DNA from: an uncultured Finegoldia sp.
GTDB taxonomy: Bacteria > Bacillota > Clostridia > Tissierellales > Peptoniphilaceae
Direction: 5' to 3'
Assembly (NCBI RefSeq): GCF_947252345.1
Contig: NZ_CAMXVC010000001.1
Coordinates: 39,544 to 103,543, forward strand
Length of the DNA stretch: 64,000 nt
Shown here: positions 1 to 9,529 of the stretch, piece after piece
Numbering within the stretch: the stretch's first letter is position 1
Layout: each line of letters begins with the position of its first letter
Program-made: the position numbers and the translations under genes
The notes under the pieces: model-generated
What the model saw: the letters and a program-made list of their open reading frames with translations, nothing else
Database searches by the model: none
What the model was told of the DNA's origin: nothing

Positions 1-147
1 TTTCTGGCAAGTAATCGCTTGGTTTGCTCCTTTGCCCCCGACAGATTTGCTCTTGGACAGAGACGAAATAGTTTCCCCCGGCTTCGGAAAATTTTCCAAA
101 TTGTACGTTGTATCTACGTTGACACTGCCTATAACTAAAATTGACAT
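1..147 (-). CDS. PfkB-family carbohydrate kinase (ribokinase-like), N-terminal part only; the gene runs off the window start
   Basis: Minus-strand ATG at 147 preceded by GAGGAGAG. Translation MSILVIGSVNVDTTYNLENFPKPGETISSLSKSKSVGGKGANQAITCQK carries the ribokinase N-terminal strand and the GG dipeptide motif (GGKGANQA). No stop codon before position 1. Confidence 0.6.
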   Translation of the reverse strand, partial: MSILVIGSVNVDTTYNLENFPKPGETISSLSKSKSVGGKGANQAITCQK

Positions 148-336
148 AAAACTCTCCTCAAGTTCTCAAATTAAATTTCAATTTACTTATCGTCCGTACT
201 AATGACATAAGTTCTCTCTTATTATACAATACAAATCGCAAATTTGTAAAAAGCTTTGCCCAAAAACACAATTTTTGTGAATTAATATTTTTTAAATGGG
301 TATATTATTACTAACAAATATTAATTGGAGGAAATT

Positions 337-1146
337 ATGGACGAAAAGAACAACGATTTTAAATCAAATCTCAAAAGTTACATATCCGATGACAAAATAC
401 AACACGATGGAGTTGTTTCTGAAAATGAATCATCAGATAATTTTGAAAAACCAAAATCGGATAATTTTTTTGAAGATGTAAACGAAAAATACACTTCGAA
501 ACAACGCAAAGAAGACAACGACAACTACGAGAATTACAAGCAAAACGATTCTCCTGATTGGTACTTGAAGGCTGTGAAATTCATCTACAATTATTCGAAA
601 AAAATCTACGATTTTTACGCAGCGACAAAGCACGGAATCATTTATTCATTTTTGACTTCAGGAGTTATAGCGGCCGTTGGCAATATGATATGGGCGAATG
701 CTACAAAATCCGGAACTCTCGGCCAACTGACGAAGGTTTTTAGAGGCTCTTCGATTTCGTTGGTCACTTTGATTACTGTGCCTTTTATCAATTATTTGAT
801 GACTAGATTCATATATTTGTTTACGAAAAAATATATGCGACCAACTCCGCCTCCTTGCACGAGAGATGTCAAGGGCGGCGTGTTCAGTATAATCAATCAA
901 TTGTTTATGTTCGTGCTAACACCGCTCGGATTTATCGGCTCAATTTTGGGTTGCTTCACGGGAATGCTCGCTTATTCTGCAAGTTTTATGGATTTGGTTC
1001 TCGAAAAAGACAGTTTCAAAGTCGGCCTAAAATCATTTTTGGCACAACTTATCATAAGCATCATTGTTTTCTTGATAGGTGCATTTATAGTCGGAATAAT
1101 TGCGTTTATTATGTACAACACGATTTCCAACGGCTTGGCACGTTAA
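337..1146 (+). CDS. hypothetical membrane protein: acidic N-terminal cytoplasmic region plus multiple TM helices, possibly Yip1-like
   Basis: ATG at 337 with GGAGG 5 nt upstream; the track ORF begins at a TTG at 325. Hydrophobic C-terminal half. Confidence 0.45.
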   Translation: MDEKNNDFKSNLKSYISDDKIQHDGVVSENESSDNFEKPKSDNFFEDVNEKYTSKQRKEDNDNYENYKQNDSPDWYLKAVKFIYNYSKKIYDFYAATKHGIIYSFLTSGVIAAVGNMIWANATKSGTLGQLTKVFRGSSISLVTLITVPFINYLMTRFIYLFTKKYMRPTPPPCTRDVKGGVFSIINQLFMFVLTPLGFIGSILGCFTGMLAYSASFMDLVLEKDSFKVGLKSFLAQLIISIIVFLIGAFIVGIIAFIMYNTISNGLAR

Positions 1147-1307
1147 TGGCGATGTAATATTCAAAAAAATTTAGAACAATTTAAAATTATTTTCAAGTGG
1201 ATGCGTTTCGTATTTTGCGAGCGCATTCATTTTTTGTGCTAATTTTATTTTATTGAATCGTTTTGTGCGCTGGGTTATAATTAAAATATAGATTGAAAGG
1301 AGTTTTT

Positions 1308-1856
1308 ATGCAAAGACTTTATTTGAGTGTTTTTTCAAAATTAAAAAATCACATAAAAAAAATTGAAAACAGACCGGGACTGTGGATGTTCACGTTGATT
1401 GTGTCGGGGATTGTGAGCTTGGTTACGTTCATTATTTACAACAGAATAAGCCCGCTCAGTCCATCCAAGGACTTCGAAAATATTTTTATTTCGCTTTTGT
1501 ATTTTTCCAGAACTGTTATGACGCCTTTCTCGTTTGTACTTAGCTTCTGGCTCATTACGGATTTTTTGAAGAAAAAAATGACATCAAAAATTTCCAATCG
1601 TGAGTTTCTATCAAAGGCGAGCGTGTTCGCGTTGATTGGCATTGTGTTTACATCGTTGTTAGTGTGGAAATCCGTGTTGATATCAGTAATCGCACGAGCA
1701 TTTGTGGGTTTTGTGTACAGCTGTGTGATGTACGACAAATTCAACGAAAATTTATTGAACAAGGTGACTTTGATTGCCTTTGTTATCGCAGCGATTGTGG
1801 ATGTTATTGGATACGCGCTCGGATTTACGGTGCTGTTCTTAATCGCGATATTATAA
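1308..1856 (+). CDS. hypothetical polytopic membrane protein
   Basis: ATG at 1308 with AAGGAG RBS at 1296-1301. About 5 predicted TM segments. Confidence 0.45.
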   Translation: MQRLYLSVFSKLKNHIKKIENRPGLWMFTLIVSGIVSLVTFIIYNRISPLSPSKDFENIFISLLYFSRTVMTPFSFVLSFWLITDFLKKKMTSKISNREFLSKASVFALIGIVFTSLLVWKSVLISVIARAFVGFVYSCVMYDKFNENLLNKVTLIAFVIAAIVDVIGYALGFTVLFLIAIL

Positions 1857-1867
1857 AGGAGAGTTTT

Positions 1868-3223
1868 ATGAAAAAATTTATTTCGTTGGCACTTGCGCTA
1901 ACTCTTAGCTTGTCGACTGTATCGTTGGCAGATAACGAGAAGGCAGTCAAGCCATCGGCGAAAGCTGAATCGGTGACAAGCGTCGACAAAAATTCTGACA
2001 AAAAAGTTCAGACAGATAATCACAATAAAAATGATAAAAACGGTAAAAACGATAATTCAAAATCGAGCGATAAAAATGACAAGAAGGACAAAAATCCGAA
2101 CATCGCTACGAATGAAGATGGTATCTTCAAAAATGTAATTCATCAGAGATTTCAAGGTGACAACAGAGCAAAAACAGCTGTTAATGTTCAACGCCACTAT
2201 TTTGCAAACACTGACAAGGTTGTATTGGTCAACGACAACGCCTATCCCGATGCAATCAGTGCGACTAATATGTCGATGGGAAAATATCCACTATTGTACA
2301 CGGGAAAGGGAAAGCTTCCGATAGAAACCAAGTCTGCGCTCGACAAGATGTTCTTGGATGAGATATATTTGCTGGGCGGAGTAAATTCCATCAGCAAAAA
2401 AGTTGAGAACTATCTCAAAAAAGAATTTCCAACTGCAAAAATCACACGAATCCAAGGCAAAAACCGCTACGAAACTTCTTCTGCGTCAGCTAAGTATCGT
2501 GCTCAAGCGAAAAATTTGATATTTGCCGCTGGAACCAACTACGCAGACGCATTATACGCTACAAGCCTCGCAGCTTATCAAAAGGCTCCGATTTTGCTCG
2601 TGAGCAATGACGGCGTTGATAACTCGACTTTGAATTACATCAAATCAATCAAAAACATCGAAAACGTCACGATTGTCGGCGGAAATATTTCCGTGAATGA
2701 AAAAATAAAATCCACGATAGAATCCGCCACGAGAAGACAAGCTGTGAGATTGTCCGGAGTCGACAGATATGAATCGAGCGTTGAGGTGGCGAAAAGAGTC
2801 AACGCTAATCCAGCAGAAGTCATCACGACAAGTGGCGAGGTTTTTGCAGATGCTCTTGTGTCCTCAACAGTTGCGCAAAAAATCCAAGCTCCGATTTTGC
2901 TAGTGAAGAAAGATGTCATTCCAGAAAAAGTGAAGTTGTATTTGAAACACACAAATTCAATCTACAAATTGACTACAATCGGTGGGTTTAACACCGTAAC
3001 CAAGAACAACTACTCGACTCAGGTGATTTTAATATCGGGTCTTGACATCGACAAGCCCTTGGTAGACAGAAATGGAAAGGGAATCATCAAGGCTTTCACG
3101 AAAGATTACAAAAAATACTACATTCTTCCAAACAACAAATACTACAATTCGATAAAACAATACGACAAATTATTTGTGTATTTGCGTGACGCATTGGCAG
3201 AAGACTACAGACCGGTAGAATAA
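1868..3223 (+). CDS. secreted cell-wall-binding protein with three CWB2-type repeats
   Basis: RBS AAGGAGAG, then ATG at 1868. Signal peptide MKKFISLALALTLSLSTVSLA. Repeated NRYETS/DRYESS ... ADALSA ... PILLV modules are typical of cell wall binding repeat 2 (Cwp-like). Confidence 0.65.
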   Translation: MKKFISLALALTLSLSTVSLADNEKAVKPSAKAESVTSVDKNSDKKVQTDNHNKNDKNGKNDNSKSSDKNDKKDKNPNIATNEDGIFKNVIHQRFQGDNRAKTAVNVQRHYFANTDKVVLVNDNAYPDAISATNMSMGKYPLLYTGKGKLPIETKSALDKMFLDEIYLLGGVNSISKKVENYLKKEFPTAKITRIQGKNRYETSSASAKYRAQAKNLIFAAGTNYADALYATSLAAYQKAPILLVSNDGVDNSTLNYIKSIKNIENVTIVGGNISVNEKIKSTIESATRRQAVRLSGVDRYESSVEVAKRVNANPAEVITTSGEVFADALVSSTVAQKIQAPILLVKKDVIPEKVKLYLKHTNSIYKLTTIGGFNTVTKNNYSTQVILISGLDIDKPLVDRNGKGIIKAFTKDYKKYYILPNNKYYNSIKQYDKLFVYLRDALAEDYRPVE

Positions 3224-3284
3224 ATTCAAGGATTGTCATTTTGTTTGTCAGTAGACGACAATATGGCAATTTTTTTGTTGCAAC

Positions 3285-3307
3285 AAAAAAGGCGAACACC
3301 TCGCCTT
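3285..3307 (-). terminator. rho-independent terminator for the 3314..4141 gene
   Basis: Minus-strand hairpin AGGCGAGGTGTTCGCCT followed by TTTTTT. Confidence 0.5.
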
Positions 3308-3313
3308 CATATT

Positions 3314-4141
3314 TTAGAAAAATAAATAATTAATCAAATGCACCGTGACAATCGAGAACAAAAATCCAAGCTCCGACAGTTTTCGGTTGTTGTTTTTGTA
3401 GTAATCCACAGATATCAAAAACGTCGGCCCGATTGCCGTGTACATAATTATTGACTGTATCAATTTTTGATTGTTCGTCACGGCACTCACCACTACAAAT
3501 GTGAACACGGGAATAATCAACAAATTCACCAAAGTCATCATTATGCTCGTCACATTCAAAAGCTTTTTGAAATCTATGCCGCTTATAGAAATAGCAAATG
3601 CTATAATGAAGATGACAGCGCTTGCCGATTGAATCACATTTAGAGGATATAATATGTACGAAATTTTGTAAAATGAACAGACGCAGAAAAAAGCCGTAAA
3701 TCCCAAGGCCATCAAAAAATCAGCCACGTTGTGAGCTCTCACATACAACATATATATAAGATATATCACACAGGCTATTATTATAAGGTTGTTCAAAATA
3801 TTCCTGTCCATAACGCTTTGCAAGAAAGGCTTCATAACGATTACATTCGAGAAAATAAACGCAGGTTCCATCGACTTTGCATCCTTGGGATTGATTTGAA
3901 AAATCATCGACATAATCTTGGACAAAACCCACAAATACACGAAAAACACGACGAGATTGACGTTGAAATTCTTGTAATTGATTTCGCTAAAACTAATCGC
4001 AATATTCACGGGAACTATAACAACGTAGATTAGTTTCGAGAAAAATTCCACTATTTGTTTTTCATTCGATATCGTCCTCGCAAACAAAAATACACACGCG
4101 AACAAAATCAAAACGCTCGACCAATAATTAAAATAATTCAT
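3314..4141 (-). CDS. hypothetical polytopic membrane protein
   Basis: ATG at 4141 (MNYFNYW) with GGAGGATAG RBS; the track starts 4 codons upstream. Highly hydrophobic. Confidence 0.45.
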   Translation of the reverse strand: MNYFNYWSSVLILFACVFLFARTISNEKQIVEFFSKLIYVVIVPVNIAISFSEINYKNFNVNLVVFFVYLWVLSKIMSMIFQINPKDAKSMEPAFIFSNVIVMKPFLQSVMDRNILNNLIIIACVIYLIYMLYVRAHNVADFLMALGFTAFFCVCSFYKISYILYPLNVIQSASAVIFIIAFAISISGIDFKKLLNVTSIMMTLVNLLIIPVFTFVVVSAVTNNQKLIQSIIMYTAIGPTFLISVDYYKNNNRKLSELGFLFSIVTVHLINYLFF

Positions 4142-4284
4142 ACTATCCTCCAATTTTATTATACCATAGCAAATTGAAAATAATACTATAAATCCAGCAC
4201 AAATTTCTCATCAAACACCTCTTTACTTCAAAAATCCAAAAGAGATTTCAGAAAATTTCCCTCAAACGCATAAGCCAACACCAA

Positions 4285-4322
4285 CACAAAAACCCCTCCA
4301 TCCGCAGTTGTGGATTTCGGGG
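4285..4322 (-). terminator. rho-independent terminator downstream of the M20 amidohydrolase gene
   Basis: Minus-strand AAACCCC...GGGGTTTTT hairpin with an internal ATCC/GGAT stem. Confidence 0.45.
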
Positions 4323-4337
4323 TTTGTTTCTGGCTTT

Positions 4338-5519
4338 TTAGTTCAAATAGTCGAGCGCAAATTGTACGCATATTGCAACAGCTTTGTACAATTCTCCTTC
4401 GTCTATGTCAAATTTTGCATTGTGGTTTGGATAAGTTTTGCCATTTTTATCCATTTTCAAATTGCTCAACATAAAATACGCACCTGGAACTTTTTCGAGA
4501 TAATACGACATATCATCCGCCGCCATAGTTTCCGATTCAATGTTGTATATTATATTCTCAGAAAAAATCTTTCTCGTGGATTTTTTGAGCGATTCCACAA
4601 CTGTTTCGTCGTTCGCAAGATGAGGATACTTCCATGCGTAGTCGTAGTTCACTTTGCACCTGTTCGCTATGGAATAATGTTCTGCAATGTCTCCTATCCT
4701 TTTTCTGATGTATTTTCTGATGTCATCATTGAAAGTTCGAACTGTTCCCTCTATTTCTGCTGTGGATGGTATTATATTTTGATTAATTCCAGAATTGACT
4801 TTGCACACAGAAATTACGCACCTTTCCGATGAGCTGATTTCTCTCGATTTTATCCTGTTGATTGCCTGAACAATGTCGACTAAGCAAACAATTGGGTCAA
4901 TGGTACCTTCCGGCATCGAGCCGTGGCCACCGCTTCCCTCGATTTTTATGACAAATTTGTCCATCGAAGCCATTAGGTTTCCACTTTTAAACCCAACGCT
5001 TCCGTGGGGAACTATAGGAAATAATCCTCCAACGTGGTGACCGATAATGCAGTCCACTTTAGGATTTTCCAACGCGCCTTCTTTTATCATAAGCTCCGCT
5101 CCGCCAGGGTATTCCTCTCCCGGTTGAAAAATAAACTTCACGACTCCCGAAAATTTATCTTTCATAGAGTTCAACACCAACAACGTCGTCAAACAATTCG
5201 CCATATGACAGTCGTGTCCGCAAGCGTGCATATATCCATTTTGTGATTTGAAATCCAAATCAGTGTCCTCTTTTATTTCTAGTGCATCCATATCCGCTCT
5301 TATCGCTAGACATTTTCCGGGCTTTCCCGAATCCACTGTCGCTATGATACCTCTCGAGCCCAAAACTTTTTTGTGGGCAATTTTGTTTTCAACCAACACT
5401 TTTTCTATTTCTTCGCAAGTTTTGTAAGTGTCCAATCCAATTTCTGGTAACTGATGAAGAATCCTTCTTTCTTTAATCAAAAATCCTTCATACTCTTTAA
5501 TCTTTTCTATAATATTCAT
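4338..5519 (-). CDS. M20D-family amidohydrolase (N-acyl-L-amino acid amidohydrolase / hippurate hydrolase-like)
   Basis: Motifs MHACGHDCH, IGHHVGG and GSGGHGSMP are typical of peptidase M20D. Confidence 0.8.
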   Translation of the reverse strand: MNIIEKIKEYEGFLIKERRILHQLPEIGLDTYKTCEEIEKVLVENKIAHKKVLGSRGIIATVDSGKPGKCLAIRADMDALEIKEDTDLDFKSQNGYMHACGHDCHMANCLTTLLVLNSMKDKFSGVVKFIFQPGEEYPGGAELMIKEGALENPKVDCIIGHHVGGLFPIVPHGSVGFKSGNLMASMDKFVIKIEGSGGHGSMPEGTIDPIVCLVDIVQAINRIKSREISSSERCVISVCKVNSGINQNIIPSTAEIEGTVRTFNDDIRKYIRKRIGDIAEHYSIANRCKVNYDYAWKYPHLANDETVVESLKKSTRKIFSENIIYNIESETMAADDMSYYLEKVPGAYFMLSNLKMDKNGKTYPNHNAKFDIDEGELYKAVAICVQFALDYLN

Positions 5520-5520
5520 C

Positions 5521-6642
5521 CTAATCTCTCATTAAATATTTTAGTAGCACCTCTGCTGCTGTTTTCATTTCGTCAACTTCCAAATATTCTTCGGTAGTGT
5601 GAACTTTTTGCATTCCAACTCCTATTATTATCGCATTAAAACCTTGTTCAGCGTAGAAGTTTGCATCTGAGCCACCACCGATTATTTGAAGTTCGCTTTC
5701 TACTCCAATTTCTGAATAACATTTTTGGAATTTCTTTGCCAATTTGAGCTCGTCCAAAGACCTCAACAACGGATACGCTTGAATGTGATTGAAATCATAA
5801 GTCGCTTTGTATCTGTCGCACACTTGTTTGCAAATATTGTCGTACGAACTCAAAACACTTTCTATCTTTTCGTAAGAGTGAGACCTCAACTCTCCCGTGC
5901 AAGTTGTCTTGTCGGGAACAACATTTGACGGAAAATCAGAATTGATGTATGAAATATTCGCAGTTGTCAGCTCGTCTATTCTCAAAATATCCATCTTGGA
6001 TATTATTTCAGAAATAACTTTGATGGAGCTTATTCCTTTTTCAGGTTCAATTCCAGCGTGAGCTTTTTTCCCGTGAACAGTTATTTCAAAAGTGTTGCAA
6101 GCAGGAGCTTGGTATGCGATGTATTTTGATTTGCCAGCATTATCCAATACTATTGTATCTTTTGCAGGATTAATATGCTTGTACACCTCATCCCAGTTCA
6201 CATTTCTCGCTCCGAGCATTCCGGCTTCTTCTCCCGGAGTTATCATACAGTAAATATCTTCGTGGTCTATGTTGTTTTTCACTAAATATTCCAACGCGTA
6301 CAATATAACTGCAACTCCAGCCTTGTCATCGCCTCCCAATGTCGTAGTCCCGTCAGTTTTGATAATATTTCCGTCCTCAATTATTTTGACGCCCTTGTTT
6401 GGTTCTACTACGTCGATATGCGCAGAAAGTGTTATCGCTGAGGGTTTGTTTCCCTTTAAAACGGAGAAAATCGTCGGACAATTGCCGCCGTATTTATCTT
6501 GAGATTCGTCGAGATAAATTTCGCAGCCCAAATTTTTTAAGTAATTGACAACATAATCGCACACATCTTTTTCCTTTTTCGATGGAGAGTAAATATTGAC
6601 CAATTCCTTAAATATATTTTTTAGTTTTTCTAAATCTACCAT
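5521..6642 (-). CDS. M20/M42-family metallopeptidase (peptidase T-like)
   Basis: HIDVVEP, GGDDKAGVA and GGGSDA motifs. AGGAG RBS. Tight operon with the 4338..5519 gene. Confidence 0.7.
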   Translation of the reverse strand: MVDLEKLKNIFKELVNIYSPSKKEKDVCDYVVNYLKNLGCEIYLDESQDKYGGNCPTIFSVLKGNKPSAITLSAHIDVVEPNKGVKIIEDGNIIKTDGTTTLGGDDKAGVAVILYALEYLVKNNIDHEDIYCMITPGEEAGMLGARNVNWDEVYKHINPAKDTIVLDNAGKSKYIAYQAPACNTFEITVHGKKAHAGIEPEKGISSIKVISEIISKMDILRIDELTTANISYINSDFPSNVVPDKTTCTGELRSHSYEKIESVLSSYDNICKQVCDRYKATYDFNHIQAYPLLRSLDELKLAKKFQKCYSEIGVESELQIIGGGSDANFYAEQGFNAIIIGVGMQKVHTTEEYLEVDEMKTAAEVLLKYLMRD

Positions 6643-6651
6643 AAAACACTC

Positions 6652-7323
6652 CTAACTATTTTTCTTTATCGTTTCCAATTGAGTTTTAGCAACGGCTATC
6701 GATGAAAATACTGTCGTCAATGTGATTACGAATGACAAATTCTTCAAGTGCAAAAACGCCATCAAATTTATCATAATGAATGAAACAACCAATGCGAAAA
6801 TTCCAGTCTTGAATGATTTGACCGAAAATTGTGCGAAAATTCCACCGTAAAGCGCTGGGATTATCAATGTCAAAACATTTTTGATTGATTCTGGAATGTT
6901 GGAGATGACACCTTGACCCAACACAGTCGCCAAAATAACGAAGAACACAGCAACGTATACCGAAACTGCCACTCCCATTGTTCCCATCAACTGTCCTTCT
7001 TCGGTTCCTGCTTTGTATCCGGAAGCTTCAATCGATGTAGCTGCAGCTGGGATTTTCATATTGACGCTGTTACCCGACAATGTCGACACGTACAATCCTG
7101 TCGAACCCAAAATCGGATAGTAACTTATTGGCTCACTTATATAGAACGCCCCCGAAACGGAAATTTGACTTATAGTTCCCGCAATTATCGCAGCAACTGG
7201 AGGCATAATTCTGAAATAAAACGCCATCATCAATGGTGGAAGCAATACTGCAATCATACCCAAAATCATAGTCATTCTTCCAAATTTTTGAACATCTTTT
7301 GTGTATTTTTCGTAAGTATTCAT
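6652..7323 (-). CDS. hypothetical membrane protein, co-operonic with the peptidases
   Basis: GGAGG RBS. 6-7 TM helices. Function unknown. Confidence 0.45.
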   Translation of the reverse strand: MNTYEKYTKDVQKFGRMTMILGMIAVLLPPLMMAFYFRIMPPVAAIIAGTISQISVSGAFYISEPISYYPILGSTGLYVSTLSGNSVNMKIPAAATSIEASGYKAGTEEGQLMGTMGVAVSVYVAVFFVILATVLGQGVISNIPESIKNVLTLIIPALYGGIFAQFSVKSFKTGIFALVVSFIMINLMAFLHLKNLSFVITLTTVFSSIAVAKTQLETIKKNS

Positions 7324-7333
7324 AATTTACCTC

Positions 7334-8035
7334 CTACATAAAAAAGCTCGCAATAATCGCTCCGCCAAACATTGCAAATGTAAGCGACCATTGTTTAATC
7401 CAATTTACTTTTTTGCCAATATATTGACAAATTACCATAATAACAAAACCCGCTATTGTAGATACAGCAAGTTGTGGTTTGACAGTGATTTTCATTAAAT
7501 TGTCTACATTAAAATACGCAAACGCTCCGAGCATCGCCCCGACGCTTACTGCTGGAAGCAACGCTTCTCTTCCTCCTGTGAGTAAATTATTTATTTTGTC
7601 CATTCTGTGACCAAAAATAAACATAACGATTAGCCAGCCCATTACTCCCATCGCTGGAACCCACAAGCAGTTTGCAAAAACAACTGGATCCATTTTTGTA
7701 GAAAGTTCAGAGCCCAACGCTTTGGCACCGAAATTCGCAGCCATTGTTTCGTAATTTGTTCCACCGATTACGCTCATTCTTAGAGCTGTAACTGGTGCGC
7801 CCAACGATACAATCAACGCCAAAATGCTGCCAACGATTCCCAATGCAGGCCCTACGCTTGAAATAGCACTAGTTGTGATTCCTTTTTTTACTCTTTTGCT
7901 ATCCATTCCCTTTTCCTTAGCGCACTTGATAGTTTTTCTTAAAACCACCGTCGCTTGGAACAAAACCAACAATATTCCCACAGAACAAGCTATGTACATC
8001 AGTGGATGATTTGCATAAAAAAATTGATTTTCCAT
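7334..8035 (-). CDS. hypothetical membrane protein, paired with 6652..7323
   Basis: AGGAAG RBS. Multi-TM. First gene of the membrane-pair/peptidase operon. Confidence 0.45.
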   Translation of the reverse strand: MENQFFYANHPLMYIACSVGILLVLFQATVVLRKTIKCAKEKGMDSKRVKKGITTSAISSVGPALGIVGSILALIVSLGAPVTALRMSVIGGTNYETMAANFGAKALGSELSTKMDPVVFANCLWVPAMGVMGWLIVMFIFGHRMDKINNLLTGGREALLPAVSVGAMLGAFAYFNVDNLMKITVKPQLAVSTIAGFVIMVICQYIGKKVNWIKQWSLTFAMFGGAIIASFFM

Positions 8036-8202
8036 AAAAATACTTCCTTTCTTTTTTTAATTTGTTTTTATGTCTTTTTTATGTCTTTAAGTATATTATT
8101 GTGTCTTTTTATTTTTTTGTCAAGTGTTTTCCCTTTGATTATTTTAAAATCGTATTATTTTGATATAATATAAATGGGAAAAGATTTCTCAGGGAGAAAA
8201 AT

Positions 8203-9444
8203 ATGGTAAAGTTAGCAATTATAGGAACTCGAGAGAGTGTGAATTTAATAAACAAAATTATAGATAAAAATTTTGAGGATATAACTTATTGTAATTTGAT
8301 TTTAGACAAAGTAAAAATAATAAAAGACATCGTAGATAGTATCGCAAAAGATGTCGACGGGATTTTTGTGACAGGAATGGGAGTGTATTTTGAATTGCTG
8401 AAGTACGATTTGAATGTTCCGATTTCTTTTGCAAAACACGGTTCGATTTCTTTGATAAAGTGTTTGGAGCAAATGAGGGCAGACGATTGCCTAACGCAAA
8501 ATGCAAAAATTTCCTTCGATATAATTTCCGACACGACCATCGAGGATATTATTTGCGAGTTTGATTACTCGATAAAAGACTTCTACATTGAAGAATCTTC
8601 GCCCGAAAAAAACGAAGATTATTATATAACAAAGCATTTAAAATTGTTTTACGAAAAGAAAATCGACTATGTCGTCACTTCATTCGGATATATTTACTCG
8701 CTTTTCAAGGGTCTGGAGCTTCCAGTATACAGAATGTTTCCTTCGATTATAGATTTGAAAAACAACATCGCAGATTTGCTGTTGGAAATTGAGATTTCAA
8801 AATTGGACAAGTCAAAAATCCTCGTCTACAGATTTAAACCGATGAATTGTGCAGACGTGTTGGATTACAAATCACCTTTTACGAAATTTTCAAAATCCAT
8901 CGATGCCTTTGTCGATTTTAACGAAGACAACAGCATCACTATTATTTCCACGAAAAATTACTACAACAACAGGTTTAGTATGGCTTTGGTGTCGGATTTT
9001 TTGAAGGAAAACAAGCTTAACTGTTTTAAGGCAGGGATTGGCTCTGACATTTCCGTCAAAAAGGCTTTGAAAAATTCCCAGAAGGCTTTGGATGAGTATG
9101 ACAACAACATCTCGTATTTTGACGGATTGTCTTTTCACCACTATGATGATGGCGAAAAACTGCATCCTTTGAATTTGATTTCAAACGACGACGTTCTGGA
9201 GATTGCGCAGGATACGGGAATCATCCCCAAGAGAATCCATCAGCTGTACGATTCGATGCTGAAATTAAACAAGTACATCTTCTCTAGTTATGAAATTTCA
9301 GAGATACTTGGTCTTAGCGTCAGAAGTGCCAACAGAATAATCAACAGTTTGGTCAAAAACGGCTACGGTGAATTTATCGACAACAACATCCAAAACAACA
9401 TCGGCAGACCAAAAAGATTTGTGAAAATAAATTTCTTCAATTAA
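8203..9444 (+). CDS. putative transcriptional regulator with a C-terminal HTH
   Basis: C-terminal segment YEISEILGLSVRSANRIINSLVKNGY resembles a winged HTH. Divergent from the peptidase operon. Confidence 0.4.
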   Translation: MVKLAIIGTRESVNLINKIIDKNFEDITYCNLILDKVKIIKDIVDSIAKDVDGIFVTGMGVYFELLKYDLNVPISFAKHGSISLIKCLEQMRADDCLTQNAKISFDIISDTTIEDIICEFDYSIKDFYIEESSPEKNEDYYITKHLKLFYEKKIDYVVTSFGYIYSLFKGLELPVYRMFPSIIDLKNNIADLLLEIEISKLDKSKILVYRFKPMNCADVLDYKSPFTKFSKSIDAFVDFNEDNSITIISTKNYYNNRFSMALVSDFLKENKLNCFKAGIGSDISVKKALKNSQKALDEYDNNISYFDGLSFHHYDDGEKLHPLNLISNDDVLEIAQDTGIIPKRIHQLYDSMLKLNKYIFSSYEISEILGLSVRSANRIINSLVKNGYGEFIDNNIQNNIGRPKRFVKINFFN

Positions 9445-9475
9445 TTTTTTTAATTTGATTTTCTAAATTTCCCAA

Positions 9476-9525
9476 TAAAAAAAGACGTATCGAAAGTGAA
9501 GTCAATTCACCAGATACGTCTTTTG
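9476..9525. terminator. bidirectional terminator between the regulator and the P-type ATPase
   Basis: AAAAAGACGTATC ... GATACGTCTTTT palindrome with flanking T/A runs. Confidence 0.5.
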
Positions 9526-9529
9526 TCTT

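Noticed and set aside
1-120. The GC-richer first 120 bp were considered as a structured RNA (tmRNA, RNase P or riboswitch fragment)
   Set aside because: Minus-strand translation gives a clean ribokinase N-terminus, including the GGKGANQA motif, with ATG and RBS at 147. The region is coding, not RNA.
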